From Malacoraja senta (lineage: Eukaryota): a stretch of 64,000 nucleotides of DNA. Of this stretch, positions 11,897-24,673 are shown piece by piece. How positions within the stretch are numbered: the stretch's first letter is position 1; each line of letters begins with the position of its first letter. Made by a program: the position numbers and the translations under genes. The notes beneath the pieces are model-generated. The model had not been told where the DNA came from and did no database searches. It saw only the letters and a list, made by a program, of their open reading frames with translations. The stretch lies in assembly GCA_038087875.1 (NCBI GenBank), contig CM075994.1, positions 6,698,001 to 6,762,000 on the forward strand. The letters run 5' to 3'.

Positions 11897-14800
11897 CTGA
11901 AGATAGACACAAAATACTGGAGTAACTCAGCGGGTGAGGCAGCATCTATGGAGAGAAGGAATGGGTGCCGTTTCCGGTCAAGACCCTTCTTCAAACTGAT
12001 GTCGGGAAGGAGAAGGGGGGGGGGACAAAGATAGAAAGTAGGTGGAGGCAGTAGGACTAGTAGGAAAACTGGGAAGGGGGAGGGGATGGAGAGAGAAAGC
12101 AAGGGCTATCTGAAGTTCAAGAAGTCAACGTTCATGCCGCTGGGGTGTAAACTACCCAAGCGAAATATGAGATGCTGTTCCTCCAATTTGCACTGGGTTC
12201 ACTCTGACAGTGGAGGAGGCCCAGGACAGAAAGGTCAGATTGGGAATGGGAGGGGAAGTTAAAGTGCTGAGCAACCGGGAGATCAGGTAGGTTAGACCGA
12301 GAGGAGGTTAGACCGAGAGCAGCCTGCGCCGGTGTAGAGAAGTTGACACCTGGAACAGCAGATACAGTAGATGAGGTTAGAGGAGGTGCAAGTGAACCTC
12401 TGCCTCACCTGGAAAGACTGTTTGGGTCCTTGGATGGAGTCAAGGGGGAGACAACGAGTTCCGAGTCCGCCACGATGTAGAGCTTTTCTTCCGTCGCCTC
12501 CAGCTCTGGGCTTTTTTCCAGGGGAAGGATTCCTCACCATCCAGTGATGACCCGTTCTCCCATCTCCAATGGACCCCCTTCTCTTGGACTCCCCCTGATG
12601 GCCATCTACCTTCTTTAGACCTTTTAATTTCCAACTGCCGGCGGGACATCAACCGCCTCAACTTTTTCACTCCCCTTTCTCACTCTAACCTCTCCCCCCC
12701 TGAACGTACAACCCCGACTGGGTAATCAAACCTGCCGACAAGGGAGGTGCTGTGGTAGTCTGGCGTGCTGATCTCTACCGGACTGAGGCCAGGCGACAAC
12801 TCTCAGACACCTCCTCTTGCTTATCCTTGGATCATGACCCCACAGACGAGCACCAGGCCTTAATCTCAAGCACCATCACTGATTTCATCACTTCCAGTTC
12901 TCCGCCCTCTAAAGCCTCTAACCTCACCATTCCCCAGCCCCCCACGGCCCGATTTTATCTTCTCCCCAAAATCCACAAACAGAACTGTCCTGGCAGACCC
13001 ATTGTTTCTGCTCGTTCATGCCCCACCGAACTAATTTCCACATATCTCGACTGCATCCTATGCCCCCTGGCCCAATCCCTCCCTACCTATGTCCAAACCT
13101 CACACGCTCTTCGTCTCCTCAATGACTTCCTTTTTCCAGGCCCCCACTCCCTCATTTTTACTATGGATGTCCAGTCACTTTACACCTCCATCCCCCACCA
13201 GAAGGGTCTTAAAGCCCTCCACTCCTTCCTCGACCGCAGAACCAGCCAATTTCAGTCTACCAATACTCTCCTCTGCCTAGCAGAGCTGGAGCTTACCCTG
13301 AACAACTTCTCCTTCGAATCCTACTTCCTCCAATTCCAAGGCGTAGCTATGGGCACGCACATGGGCCCCAGCTATGCCTGCCTCTTTGTAGAACAATCTC
13401 TGTTCCAGGCATACACTGGCCCTATCCCCGAACTCTACCTCCACTACATTGATGACTGAATTGATGCTACCTCCTGCACCCATGCAGAACTCACTGACTT
13501 CATCAACTTCACCACTAATTTCCATCCGGCACTCAAATTCACTTGAACCATCTCCGACATCTCCCTACCGTTTCTAGATCGCACCGTCTCCATCACAGGT
13601 GATCCATCACGTGCTGACTGGTTGCATCGTGGCTTGGTTCGGCAACTTGAGCGTCCAGGAGCGGAAAAGGATGCAGAAAGTTGTAACCACTGCCCAGTCC
13701 ATCATTGGCTCTGACCTCCCCACCATCGAAGGGATCTATCGCAGTCGCTGCCTCAAAAAGGCAGCCTGCATGATCAAGGACCCACACCATCCTGGCCACG
13801 CACTCATCTCTCCGCTACCATCGGGCAGAAGGTACAGGAGCCTGAAATCTGTTACATCCAGGTTCAGGAACAGCTGCTTCCCCACAGCCATCAGGCTATT
13901 AAACTCGCCAACAAACAGACTCTGAACTGTAACAGCCTATTGCACGTTATCTGCTTATTTATGTGTATATTGAACTGAACTGTTCTGTATTTTTGCTTAC
14001 AATGTTCTGTTGTGCTGCAGCAAGCAAGAATTTCATTGTCCTATCTGGGACACATGACAATAAACTCTCTCTTGACTTGACAGACCTTTGACTGACATCC
14101 ACAACAAACCTACTGACTCCCATAGCTATCTTGACTACACTTCTTCCCACCCTACTTCCTGTAAAGACTCTATCCCCTACTCCCAATTCCTCTGTTTATG
14201 CCGCATCTGCGCCCAGGATGAGGTGTTCCATACTAGATCATCTGAGATGTCCTCATTCTTTAGGGAACTGTTTCCTCTCTTCCATTATAGATGAGGCTCT
14301 CACTAGGGTCTCCTCGATATCCCGCAGCTCCGCTCTTACTCCCCCTCCCCCTATTCACAACAAGGACAGAGTCCCCCTTGTCCTCACCTTCCACCCCATC
14401 AGCCGTTGCAAACAGCATATAATCCTCCGACATTTTCGCCACCTCCAACGGGATCCCACTACTGGCCACATCTTCCCATCTCCACCCCTTTCTGCTTTCC
14501 GCAGAGACCGTTCCCTCCATAACTCCCTGGAAAATCCGTCCCATCCCACCTGTCCCTTTACCTCCCTCCTCGACTCCATCCAAGGACCCAAACAGTCTTT
14601 CCAGGTGAAGCAGAGGTTCACTTGCACCTCCGCCAACCTCATCTACTGCATCCGCTGTTCCAGGTGTCAACTTCTCTTCATCAACGAGACCAAGCGCAGG
14701 CTCGGCCATCGTTTAGCTGAACACCTCTGCTCAGTCCGTCGTTACCTACCTGATCTCCCGGTTGCTCAACACTTTAACGCTCCCTCCCTTTCCCAATCTG

Positions 14801-15120
14801 ACCTTTCTATCTTGGGCCTTCTCCATTGTCAGAGTGAAACCCAGTGCAATTGGAGGAATAGCACCTCATGTTTCGCTTGGGTAGTTTACACCCTACCATT
14901 ATGAACGTTGACTTCTCTAACTTCAGATAGCCTTTGCTTTCTCTCTCCTCCCCTCCCCCTTCCCAGTTCTCTCACTAGTCCTACTGTCTCCACCTACTTT
15001 CTGCCTTTGTCAGCCCCCGACATCAGTCTGAAGAAGGGACTCGACCCGAAACGTCACCCATTCCTTCTCTCCATAGATGCTGTCTCACCAGCTGAGTTAC
15101 ACCAGCAATTTGTGTCAACC
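11897..15120 (+). mobile_element. Penelope-like element with an inverted 3'-end copy (11897-12450) ahead of the sense RT/GIY-YIG body
   Basis: ORF 12752-13459 reads FYLLPKIHK..GRPIVS..TMDVQSLYTSIPH..YIDD; GIY-YIG near 14600-14930; 11897-12450 is the reverse complement of the 3' end. Confidence 0.92.
13601..14080 (+). mobile_element. Rex1/Babar-type LINE 3' fragment nested in the Penelope RT
   Basis: CIVAWFGN..RCLKKA..IKDPHHPGH..LPSGRRYRS..RFRNSCFPTAIRLLN with a (CTTGA)n tail; the Penelope sequence resumes at 14081. Confidence 0.85.
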
Positions 15121-15305
15121 TACAAACCTGCACGTCTTTGGAGTGTTGGAGGAAACCGAAGAGCTCGGAGAAAATCCACGCAGGTCACGGGGAGAAGGAA
15201 CAAACTCCGTGCAGTCAAACACCCGTAGTCGGGATGGAACCCGGGACTCCAGCACTGCAAGCGCAGTAAGGCGGCAACTCTACCACTGCAACACCATGGT
15301 CGCCA
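15120..15305 (-). mobile_element. V-SINE 5' part
   Basis: Reverse complement of the SINE head and V-domain. Confidence 0.8.
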
Positions 15306-15359
15306 TATGGTGTCGATCAAAGGGCTAGCAAAATAACGAGGGGCCCGCCTTCAGTTCAG

Positions 15360-15785
15360 TTTCATCAGGAAGGTTGGCTCCATCCTGGGGGCGGGGTTGG
15401 ATTCATGGGAGGTGGTCTTGGAGGGGAGGATGCTCCTAAAACTGCGGAGCATCCTGGACAATACAGCTCACCCCCTCCATGACGCACTGGTCAACCTGAG
15501 GAGGACCTTCAGCAACAGACTGGTTCCACCAAGATGCAGCACAGAACGCCACAGGAGATCCTTCTTCCCTGTGGCTATCAAACTGTAAAACTCCTCCCTC
15601 TTCTGTCGTGGGGTAGACTGACTCCCCTCCCCACCCCCATCCTCCCTCCCCAATCATTGCACATCCCCAATGCTTTTCACTCGTCACTTTAATTTCATGT
15701 TTCATGTATATTGTGTTTTATGACTTTTGCCAGATCAATTTTCCTCCTGGGATAAATAATGTTCTATCGTATTGTAACATATCGT
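15360..15785 (+). mobile_element. Rex1/Babar-type LINE 3' fragment, second family
   Basis: KLRSILDNTAHPLH..TERHRRSFFPVAIKL with a (TATCG)n-like tail; near-identical copy at about 59880-60290. Confidence 0.8.
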
Positions 15786-15796
15786 TCAGTCTATTA

Positions 15797-16842
15797 TAGG
15801 TATGTTACAAAACTTACCTTCAGCGGCGCTGCAGTTCTGCCACTGCCCGTGTGCGCGACTTTGGTGCCTTTGAGAGGGGGGCGGGTTTAAAATGCAAATT
15901 TTCTGCAGCCTGTTCTAAACGATCTCAGGCAGGATGTTTAGTCGCCAAAGAAAAATTGCTTCGACTGCTGTTTTATTAAGTTTATTAAAATTAGCGCTTT
16001 ATAATTTAATTGTTGGAGTAAAATTAAATCATCTTCAAATGCCGTGAACGCCGACAACGGGACGGATCTCACGCACGGGACAAGGCAAGGAACGCTGTTT
16101 ATTCTTTCATATAAACTTTCTTCTTAGGATGCCTTTAATTAAAATTTCAAGTTGCGAAAATGTGATTATGTAAATATACGAACTGGCAGTATGTTTCCTG
16201 CCGATATGGGGTTTAATTCACCACAAACCGCAACGTTCCAATCCAGCACGTTCCACAAAATCCCACTCGCAAGGTGATTTAAATGGCCATTAATTTACAG
16301 GAATTAAACACTAAATTCCTTCCATTTGACCTATAAATTCATGACAATGAGATTTAAAAATCATGTTATATTGTGAATTCTTGTGTGAATGTTATTTGGA
16401 CACTTAGGCTTTTTAAAAATGTTAACCTTTTCTTAAGAAATGGATAGATGATTAGATCTAGTAATTGAATTTTGTAATTAGCTACAATTGGGTAACTTTT
16501 AACTAATTATATGCTTTAATTTCAGGTCATCCAAGTAAGATTGTTTCATATTTGTTTCAGAATGCTTCAATCTATAATAACTGAAAATTTCATTCAGTTC
16601 TCTTAATTTATAAGAAAGTTATGGGCTTTTGACTGTCCTTGATCACAGCTTTTGTGTTAAGTCAATGGAAAAGCAATAGGGAACAAGATGCGAATTTCCT
16701 AGTATTTAAAAAGCCATAACTTTTTTAATACTGAAGATATGAAAGTGAATTAGGTGTCAAATTAAACTTCTTTTTATGCTTTATCTGATGGGATAAATTG
16801 CAGACTTGATTTTTAAAATCTCAACATTTTGTAACATTGCTA
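15797..16842. mobile_element. Non-autonomous TIR DNA transposon, about 1.05 kb
   Basis: TIRs TAGGTATGTTACAAAA / TTTTGTAACATTGCTA (14/16 match), flanked by the direct repeat TCTATTA; AT-rich non-coding interior. Confidence 0.8.
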
Positions 16843-16964
16843 TCTATTATTACGTGTTCCGAGGTACAGTGAAAAGCTTTTTGTTGCTTGCCAACCAGTC
16901 AGCGGAAAGACAGCACACGATTCCAATCGAGCCATCCACAGTGTACAGACACACGGTAAGGAAA

Positions 16965-17950
16965 CGTTGAGGAAGGAGCTGCAGATGCTGGTTTAAACCG
17001 GATAGACACAAAAAGCTGCAGTAACTTAGCCAGGGACAGGCAGCATCCTTGGCGAGAAGGAATGGGTGACATTTCTGGTCAAGACCCATCTTCAGACTGG
17101 TCAGGGGTAAGGGAAACGAGAGATATAGATGATGATGTAGAGAGATAAAGGACAATGAATGAAAGATATGCAAAAAAGTAACGATGATAAAGAAAACAGG
17201 CCATTATTAGCTGTTTGTTGGGTGAAAACGAGAAGCTGGTGCAAAGAAACGTAGAAAATTTGCGCATGAGTATGCCATTCGGCCCTTCGAGCCAACACTG
17301 CCATTCAACATGATCATGGCTCATCATCCAAAATCAGTATCCCGTTCCTGCTTTCTCCCCATATCCCTTGATTCCATTAGTCCAAAGAGCTAAATCTAAC
17401 TCTCTGTTCAATACTAATGTGACGTGGGTGAGGGAGGGATGGAGAGAGAGGGAATGCTGGGGTTATTTGATGTTAGAGAAATCAATATTCATACCAGCAA
17501 GCTGCCCAAGCGAAATATGAGTTGGTTTCTGTAATTTGTGTGTAGCCTCACTCGGACAATTGAAGAGGCCCAGTCCAGAAAGGTCAGTGTGGAAATGGGA
17601 GGGAGAATTAAAGTGTTTGCAATCGGGAGATCAGGTCGGGTCAGGCGGACTGAGCGAAGGTGTTCAATGAAATGATTGCCCAGTCTCGTTTGGTCTCGCC
17701 GATATATAAGAGTCCACATCTTGAACAACAGATACAGTAGATGAGGTTGGAGGATGTGCAAGTGAACTTCTGCCTCCCCTGAATGGTATGTCGGAGTCCG
17801 TGGAGGAGGTATAGGGGCAGGTGTTGCATCTTCTGTGGTTGCAGTGGAAGGTACCCAGGTGGTTTGGGTTGGAAGGGACGAGTTGATCAGGGAGTTGCGG
17901 AGGGAACGATCGCTGTGGAAGGCGGAAAGGTGTGGAGATGGGAAGATGAT
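16965..17950 (-). mobile_element. Penelope-like 3' portion with hammerhead terminus, interrupted by a CR1 3' fragment (about 17250-17410)
   Basis: FTCTSSNLIYCICCSRCGLLYIGETKR; hammerhead core on the minus strand at 17068-17095. Confidence 0.85.
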
Positions 17951-18404
17951 ATAACGTTTAGTGCAAGGCAAAACCAGCAAAGCCCGAGACGATAGTCCGA
18001 GGGTCATCAAAGAGGTAGATAGTTGTTCAGCACTTAAAAGGGAAGTGTGCTTCCACCCTTAAAGGGGTGTGCGGGGTTTTGTTTCAATATACCGGCTGAT
18101 GTTTTGCATTGAAGTCTTGCAATGGAGCCCAAGCTAAATTATACAGTGGCAGAGAGGCAGAGCGAGTAGAGCTTCTATGCCATTCCAGCCTCTGAACCTC
18201 ATCACCTGGACCATTCCATCCTTGGAACTTCATTGCCCCAGATCATTCCACCCTTGGAACTTCACTGCATGGACCATTCAATCCATGGAACCTCACTGGC
18301 CACACCATTCCATCCTTAGAACCTAATTTCCCAAAGTATTCCATCCTTAGAACCTCACTGGCTACACCATTCCATCCGTGGAACCTCATTTCCCAGATTA
18401 TTCA

Positions 18405-19192
18405 TGTCCACAAGTTGTAGGAGTAGAATTAGGCCATTCGGCCCATCGAGTCTATTCCATTTATCTGCCTTCTCCCCATAACCCTTGACACACATTCTAA
18501 TCAAGACATTGTCTATCTCTGCCTTAATAATGTCCAATGATGGCCTCCCCAGCCCTCTGTGGCAATGAATTCCACAGATTAACTACCCTCTGACTAAATA
18601 AGTTCCTCCTCACCTCTTTTCTAAAAGAGCTCCCTTTAATTCTGTAGCTATGACCTCTGGTCCTGGACTCTCCCACCAGTAGAACCATCCTTTCCACATC
18701 CACTCTATATATGCCTTTCATTATTCAGTGAGTTTCAATGAGGACCCCCCCCTACCCCCCCCTCCCCCTCAATCTTCTAAACTCCAGCGACTACAGGCCG
18801 AGTGCTGTCAAGCATTCATTATATGCTAACCCATTCATTCCTGGGATCATTCTTGTAAACTTCCTCCGGAACCTCTCCAGAGCCAGCACACCCTTCCTCA
18901 GATATGGGGCCCAAATTTGCTCACAGTACTCCAAACGCAGCCTGACCAGCGCCTTATAGAGCCTCAGCATTACATCTCTGTTTTTGTATTCCAGTCCTCT
19001 TGATATAAATGCTAGCATTGAATTTGCCTTCCTTAGTACTGATTAGACTTGCAAATTAACTTTTTGGAAGTCCTGCATCAGCACTCCCAAGTCCCTTTGC
19101 ACCTCCAATTTCTGGATTCTCTCTCAATTTAGATAATAATCTATGTCTTTATTCTTATTATCAAAATGCGTGACTCCGCACTTTGCTACACT
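18405..19192 (-). mobile_element. CR1 LINE 3' fragment
   Basis: MLAFISRGLEYK..LYKALVR..LEYC.QIWAPYLRK and TRGHS..FSQRVVNLWNSLP. Confidence 0.92.
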
Positions 19193-19407
19193 ATTATTCC
19201 ACCCTTGGAATATTACTGCCTGGATCAATCTATCCATGGAACCTCATCAGCTGGACGATTCCCTCCTTGGAACCTGTCAGCCCAGATCCATCCATCCATA
19301 GAACCTAATTTCCAAAATTATTTCATCCTTTGACTCTCACCACCGTGACCATTTCATCCAAAGAACCTCACTGCCCAAATCATCCCATGGAACCTCAACC
19401 ACTGGAC

Positions 19408-19973
19408 CAGGGGTGGGGAACCTTTTCATGTTGGAATGCCGCATTAAGTTAGTTGTAATCTAATAAGGCCGCATCCAAGAAACTTCATTTAGATATACAT
19501 TTTGAAATGTACATTATTTTTGTAAAAATCTAACTACCATGTACTAAGATCAAGAAAATGAAAAAATGTGTTCATTCTAAAGTTAACTAACCATTTAATG
19601 ACTTTGTTGTGACTGCTTTGTGTGGGAAAGCATTTGAATATTTGGTTGCAACATGGAGGTACGCAGTTTCAGCTGATCTTCTAGATGGGTATCCGTCATT
19701 TGTGACCTTAAGTGTGTCTTGATTTGGGTTAGATAGGAGAATGTAGATTTTGCAGCAATAAGTGGTTGAAAAGCAAGAAAGCATTTTTCGTGCGGGATAA
19801 TTTCGTTGAATCTTCTTTTATTCTTTGGTATTTTAAATACGTTCATTTTAAGATTAAAATAAAAATTATAAAAGACGAACAAAAACATATTCATAAAAAT
19901 AAAAGGTTTTGTTCTACAAAATTTGGATTCATTCAAAAGGCTGCACTTTATGGCCTAGAAGGCCCCACCCCTG
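19408..19973 (-). mobile_element. hAT (Charlie/SPIN-like) deletion-derivative transposon with transposase C-terminus
   Basis: TIR CAGGGGTGGGG / CCCCACCCCTG; perfect 8-bp TSD CACTGGAC; peptide FSTTYCC..STFSYLTQIKTHLRSQMTDTHLEDQLKLRTS..PNIQML..KQSQQSH*. Confidence 0.95.
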
Positions 19974-20734
19974 CACTGGACCATTCTTTCAGAAAATTAC
20001 TACCAGGGTCATTCAATCCTTAGATCCTCACTGCCCAGACCAATCCATTCTTAGAACTTCAACCACGAGACCTTTTCATCCTTAGATCCTCGCCACCTGG
20101 ACCAATCCATCCTTAGAAGCTCAATCACTGGACCCATCCATCCTTAGACCCTCACCACCTGGTCTATTCTATCCTTGGAATGTCACTGCCTGGATCAATC
20201 CATCCTTGGAACTTCAACCACTGGACCATTCCATCATAGAACCTCATTGCCCAGATCATTCCATCTCTAGAACCTCAGCACCTGTACCATTCTATCCTTG
20301 GAACCTCACATTGCCAAGACATTCCATCCATAGAACCTAATTTCCCAGATCATTCCATCCTTGCAACATCAACTACCGGACCATTATATCCATGGAACCT
20401 CATTGGCTACACCATTCCATCCTCAGAACCTCAGTCTGGTACAATCCATGCTTAGAACCTCATTTTGCAGGTCATTCCATCCTTGGAACCTCAAGTACTA
20501 GACCATTCCTCCTTAGCCCCTCCAGCACTTTGTGTTTTTTGCCCAAGATTCAAGCATCTGCGTCTTGTGTCTTCATGCTTCCTGAACTGGTCGTGGGAAT
20601 GGGATAAGGGGGGCGGTTTTCCAATGAGGAAAGATCAGATTGGGCTCAAGTCTGCAGGAGTGCAGTGAGTTGGAGGGAGACTAGGTTGACGCATGCAAAA
20701 TGCTGAAAGGGTTAGTGTTGCGGGGATGTTTTCT

Positions 20735-21020
20735 TAGTTTAGTTTAGAGATAGAAAACATGGAAACAGGCCCTTCGGCCCACCAAGGCCACGCCGACCAA
20801 TCACCCATACACTAACTCTACCTTCAACTCTCGGGAAAATTTACAGAAGCCAATCTGTATGTCTTTGGAGTGTAGGAGGAAACAGGAGCATCCGGACAAA
20901 ATCCACACGGGTCACGGGGAGAATTTACAAACTCCGTACATACAGCACCCGTGGTCAGGATTGAACCCGGGTCCCTGGCGCTGTGAGGCAGCAACCCTAC
21001 CGCTGCACCATCGTGCCACC
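20735..21020 (-). mobile_element. V-SINE
   Basis: Full-length reverse copy with a (TTTAG)n tail on the plus strand. Confidence 0.85.
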
Positions 21021-21829
21021 CAACCCACCATGACCGGAACATCATCCATCCATTTCCTTCCGCAGATGCTGCCAGATTGTGCTGAGTTCCTCCAGCGCTT
21101 GCTATTTTTTGTTTCCGGTCAGTAAACCGAGTCTTTACCTTGGACCTCCAGCATCTGTTTTTCTAACCCTCCAAGCACTCCCAACTCCTCTCTGTCCCAG
21201 CCCCTGCCCTACACCCACCACCTCCCCCGCCTTCTGACCCACGGGAATTCTTCCCAGCAGGAAGAAAGTGAGATTTCAGTTTTAGTTTAGTTTATTGTCA
21301 CGTGTACCGAGGTACAATGAAAAGCCTTTGTTGCGTGCTACCCAGTCAGCGGAAAGACCATTCGCGCTTACAATCGAGCCATTTACAGTGTATAGATACA
21401 CGATTAGGGAAAGTCCGGTCAAGGATAGTCCAACAGTCACCAATGAGGTAGATAGTCAGCTAATCCTCGGGTGCAGGGAGTGAAAGTATGGACAGATCTG
21501 AGTGGAGTTTCAGACGATCACAAATAAATGTTGCAGTAGGAAGAGAGATTTTAAGAGTATGGAACGATTGCAATGTGTGATAGTGGATCTGCTTCTGTGG
21601 CCAGCACGCAAATAGTTGCCTGGGTTGGGCGGCATTTTTTAATGTAAGGCCTTTTCTTGATATAGAGCCCTGCGCTGTCCACTTTGAAGAGATGTCCAAT
21701 AAATATAATGGAGCCCAGTCATTGCCAAAGACAGATTAATGATCAGTGCAGTCGGTAGTTTTACTCTGCTTGCTTGGGAAATATTTACTGCCCATAAAGG
21801 TAACAGCAATCCTGGGATGTGTAAAAGAG

Positions 21830-22375
21830 AGTTGTGGACGCAGCCCAGACCAACCTCTCTCATCCATCGACTCCATCTAGACTTCACGCTGCCTCGGCAA
21901 GGCCAGCAGCATAATCAAGGACAAGTCCACCCCGCCCACTCCCCTCTTCTCCCCTCTCCCTTCAGGCAAGAGGTAGAGAAGTGTAAAAACACACACCTCC
22001 AGATTCAGGGACAGTTTCTTCCCAGCAGTTATCAGATGACTGAACCGTCCTCTCATCAACTAGAGTACAGTCCTGACCTCCCATCAGCAACTAATGAGTT
22101 GTCCTAAGCTACCACCTCACTGGAGACCCTCACACTATCTGAAGAAAGGTCTCAACCCGAAACGTCACCTATTCCTTCGCTCCATAGATGCTGCCTGTTC
22201 CTTCGCTCCATAGATGCAGACTTTACTGGACTTTATCTTGCACTAAACGTTATTCCTTTTATCATGTATCAGTACACTATGGAAGGCTCGATTGTAATCA
22301 TGTAGTCTTTCCATTGACGCAAAAAAGGCTTCGCACTGCGTCTTGGTATACGTGAAGTAAACTAATCTAAATTAA
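21830..22375 (+). mobile_element. Rex1/Babar-type LINE 3' fragment with an inserted hammerhead unit (22137-22218)
   Basis: RCLGKASSIIKD..PLPSGKR coding remnant and the shared 3' UTR (..GATTGTAATCATG..CTAAA tail). Confidence 0.75.
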
Positions 22376-23289
22376 ACCAAACCCAATAACTTGGCCTCCA
22401 CAGCCGTCTGTGGCAATGAATTCCACAGATTCACCTCCTTTACCCGCTGGTCAGGATGGGAGCAGCCCGTCCAAAGTTCATAAATGATTGGAGCAGAATT
22501 AGGCCATTCGGCCCATCGAGTCTACTCCGCCATTCAATCATTGCTGATCTATCTTTCCCTCTCAACCCCCATTCTCCCCATAACCCCGGACACCCGTACT
22601 AATCAAGAACCTGTCAATCCATGCTTTAAAAATACCCATTGACTTGGCCTCCACAGCCCTCTGTGGCAATGAGTTCCACAGATTCACCACGCTTTGCTCA
22701 AAATCAATTCCTCCTCATCTCCATTCTAAAGGTTAGTCTTGTGCAGGAAGGAACTGCAGATGCTGGTTTAAACCGAAGATAGACACAAAAAGCTGAAGTA
22801 ACTCAGCGGGACAGGCAGCGCCTCCAGACTGGAGAAGGGTCCCCACCCGAAACATCACCCACTCCTTCTCTCCAGAGATGCTGCCTGTCTGAGTTACTCC
22901 AGCCTTTGGTGTCTTTTAAAGGTAACTCTGGTGGCAATGAATTCTACAGGTACACCACCTCTGGCTAAAATAAGTTCCTCCTCATCTCCTTTGTTAAGGT
23001 GAAGAGGGGTCTTTCTCTGGAAGCTGATTCTGGGCGGGAGGGAGAATCAACACAAGGCAGTAAAAAGCGTGCATGGAACTATAAGGTTTATTGAAAGCAA
23101 TCATGGTTGGATTGCAGCACAAAAATGGCAGCAGAACACTGGAATGAGAACGCTCTGGTCTCGGAAAACCCCCTTAACGTCATCTTAAAAGTAAAACCAA
23201 TTGAACCGAACTTTTGGCAAAAACAGCTTCTCCACATTCTCCAAACTCGAGATGACGAAGGTATACATGGATGCAAACAGTGGAACTGA

Positions 23290-23750
23290 GAACAATCCCA
23301 GGAATGAGTGGGTTGATATACGAAGAACGTTTGATGGCAGCGGGTCCGTACTCGCTGGAGTTTGGAGTGAGGGGGGGAACCTCATTGAAACGTACAGAAT
23401 AGTGAAAGGCCTGGATAGAGTGGACGTGGAGAGGATGTTTCCACACGTGGGAGAGTCTAGGACTAGAGGTCACAGCTTCAGAATTAAAGGACGTTCGTTT
23501 GGAAGGAGATGAGGAAGAATTTCTTTAGTCAGAGGGTGGTGAATCTATGGAATTCTTTGCCACAGACGTCTGTGGAGGCCAAGTCAGTGGATATATTTAA
23601 GGCAGAGATAGATAGATTCTTGTTTAGTACGGATGTCAGGGGTTATGGGAGAAGGCAGGAGAAAGGGGTTTGGAGGAAGAGATAGGTCAGACTCTATGAT
23701 TGAATGGCGGAGTAGACTAGATGGGCCGAATGGCCTTATTCTGCTCCCAG
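23290..23750 (+). mobile_element. CR1 LINE 3' fragment
   Basis: LIETYRIVKGLDRVDVERMFP..SRTRGHS plus the conserved 3' hairpin GGGCCGAATGGCCT. Confidence 0.88.
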
Positions 23751-24212
23751 AACGTACAAACTTGCAGGACGGCAGGGGTGGAGGTAGAGAGAGAGGGAAT
23801 GCAGGGGACAGGGTTCCTTAGGAAGAAGATCCTGACCCAAAATGTCACCCACCCGTGTTCTTGGAAGTTCATAGGTTCTAGGAGCAGAATTAGGCCATTC
23901 AGGATCAGGGCTGATCTATCCCTCCCTCCTAACCTCATATCAACTTTAATATAAAATCGGCACCAAAGGATGCCCCCACTTGCATTGGAGATCTCCCCCT
24001 CTTTGCCCACTCTCCCCCGTTAGATACCCCTGCTCAGGGCAGGAGCCAGTGGAGAGGGAGGATGGGGTTTGTGAGCTGGTTTGGAGGCAGGGAGGGGGTG
24101 GATAGGGTGGACGGAGGGGGTTGGGGGACAAAGGCATGTGGTCAGATGCCACAAAGGCCCACCCCAGGGCCAGGATTTAGTTTAGGGATAGGGAATTCCC
24201 AGTGCAGGGAAT

Positions 24213-24528
24213 TTAGTTTAGTTTAGTTTAGAGATAAGCGCGGAAACAGGCCCTTCGGCCCACCGGGTCCGCGCCGACCAGCAATCCCCGCACACCAGCA
24301 CTATCCTACACCCACTAGGGACAATTTTTTACATTTTTATACCAAGCCAATTCGCCTACAACCCGCACGTCTTTGGAGTGTGGGAGGAAAGCGAAGCACC
24401 CGGAGAAAACCCACGCAGGTCACGGGGAGAACGTACAAACTCCACACAGATAAGCACCCGTGGCCAGGATCGAACCCAGGTCTCTGGTGATGTAAGGCAG
24501 TAGCTCTACCACTACGCCACCGTGCTAC
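24213..24528 (-). mobile_element. V-SINE
   Basis: Full-length reverse copy; B box GGTTCGATCC on the minus strand. Confidence 0.88.
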
Positions 24529-24667
24529 CCCTAATTCGCCCCCCCCCCCCCTGTGCCAACCCTTCAGTCCCTCCGCCAAGCACCGTTCGGAAAGGATAAA
24601 GTGTTTACACAGTCACTTAAGCCCGAACCACATTCTCGGTCACGACCAATTGTTTGTCTTATTTCCT

Positions 24668-24673
24668 TTTATT
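24668..24673 (-). terminator. Candidate distal polyadenylation signal AATAAA
   Basis: TTTATT on the plus strand at the end of a U-rich, UGUA-containing minus-strand block. Confidence 0.5.

Larger units (their letters stand above)
18178..20515. repeat. About 31-bp minisatellite (consensus near CCATTCCATCCTTGGAACCTCACTGCCTGGA), split by two insertions
   Basis: Units visible at 18178-18404, 19195-19407 and 19974-20515. Confidence 0.9.

Noticed and set aside
19587..19936. Domesticated transposase gene (GTF2IRD2/ZBED-like)
   Set aside because: Only a frameshifted C-terminal fragment inside a 566-bp element with TIRs and TSD.
18178..20515. CRISPR-like array (conserved part plus variable part)
   Set aside because: Variable parts are only about 10 bp and related to each other, there are no cas genes, and the context is eukaryotic; it is a minisatellite.
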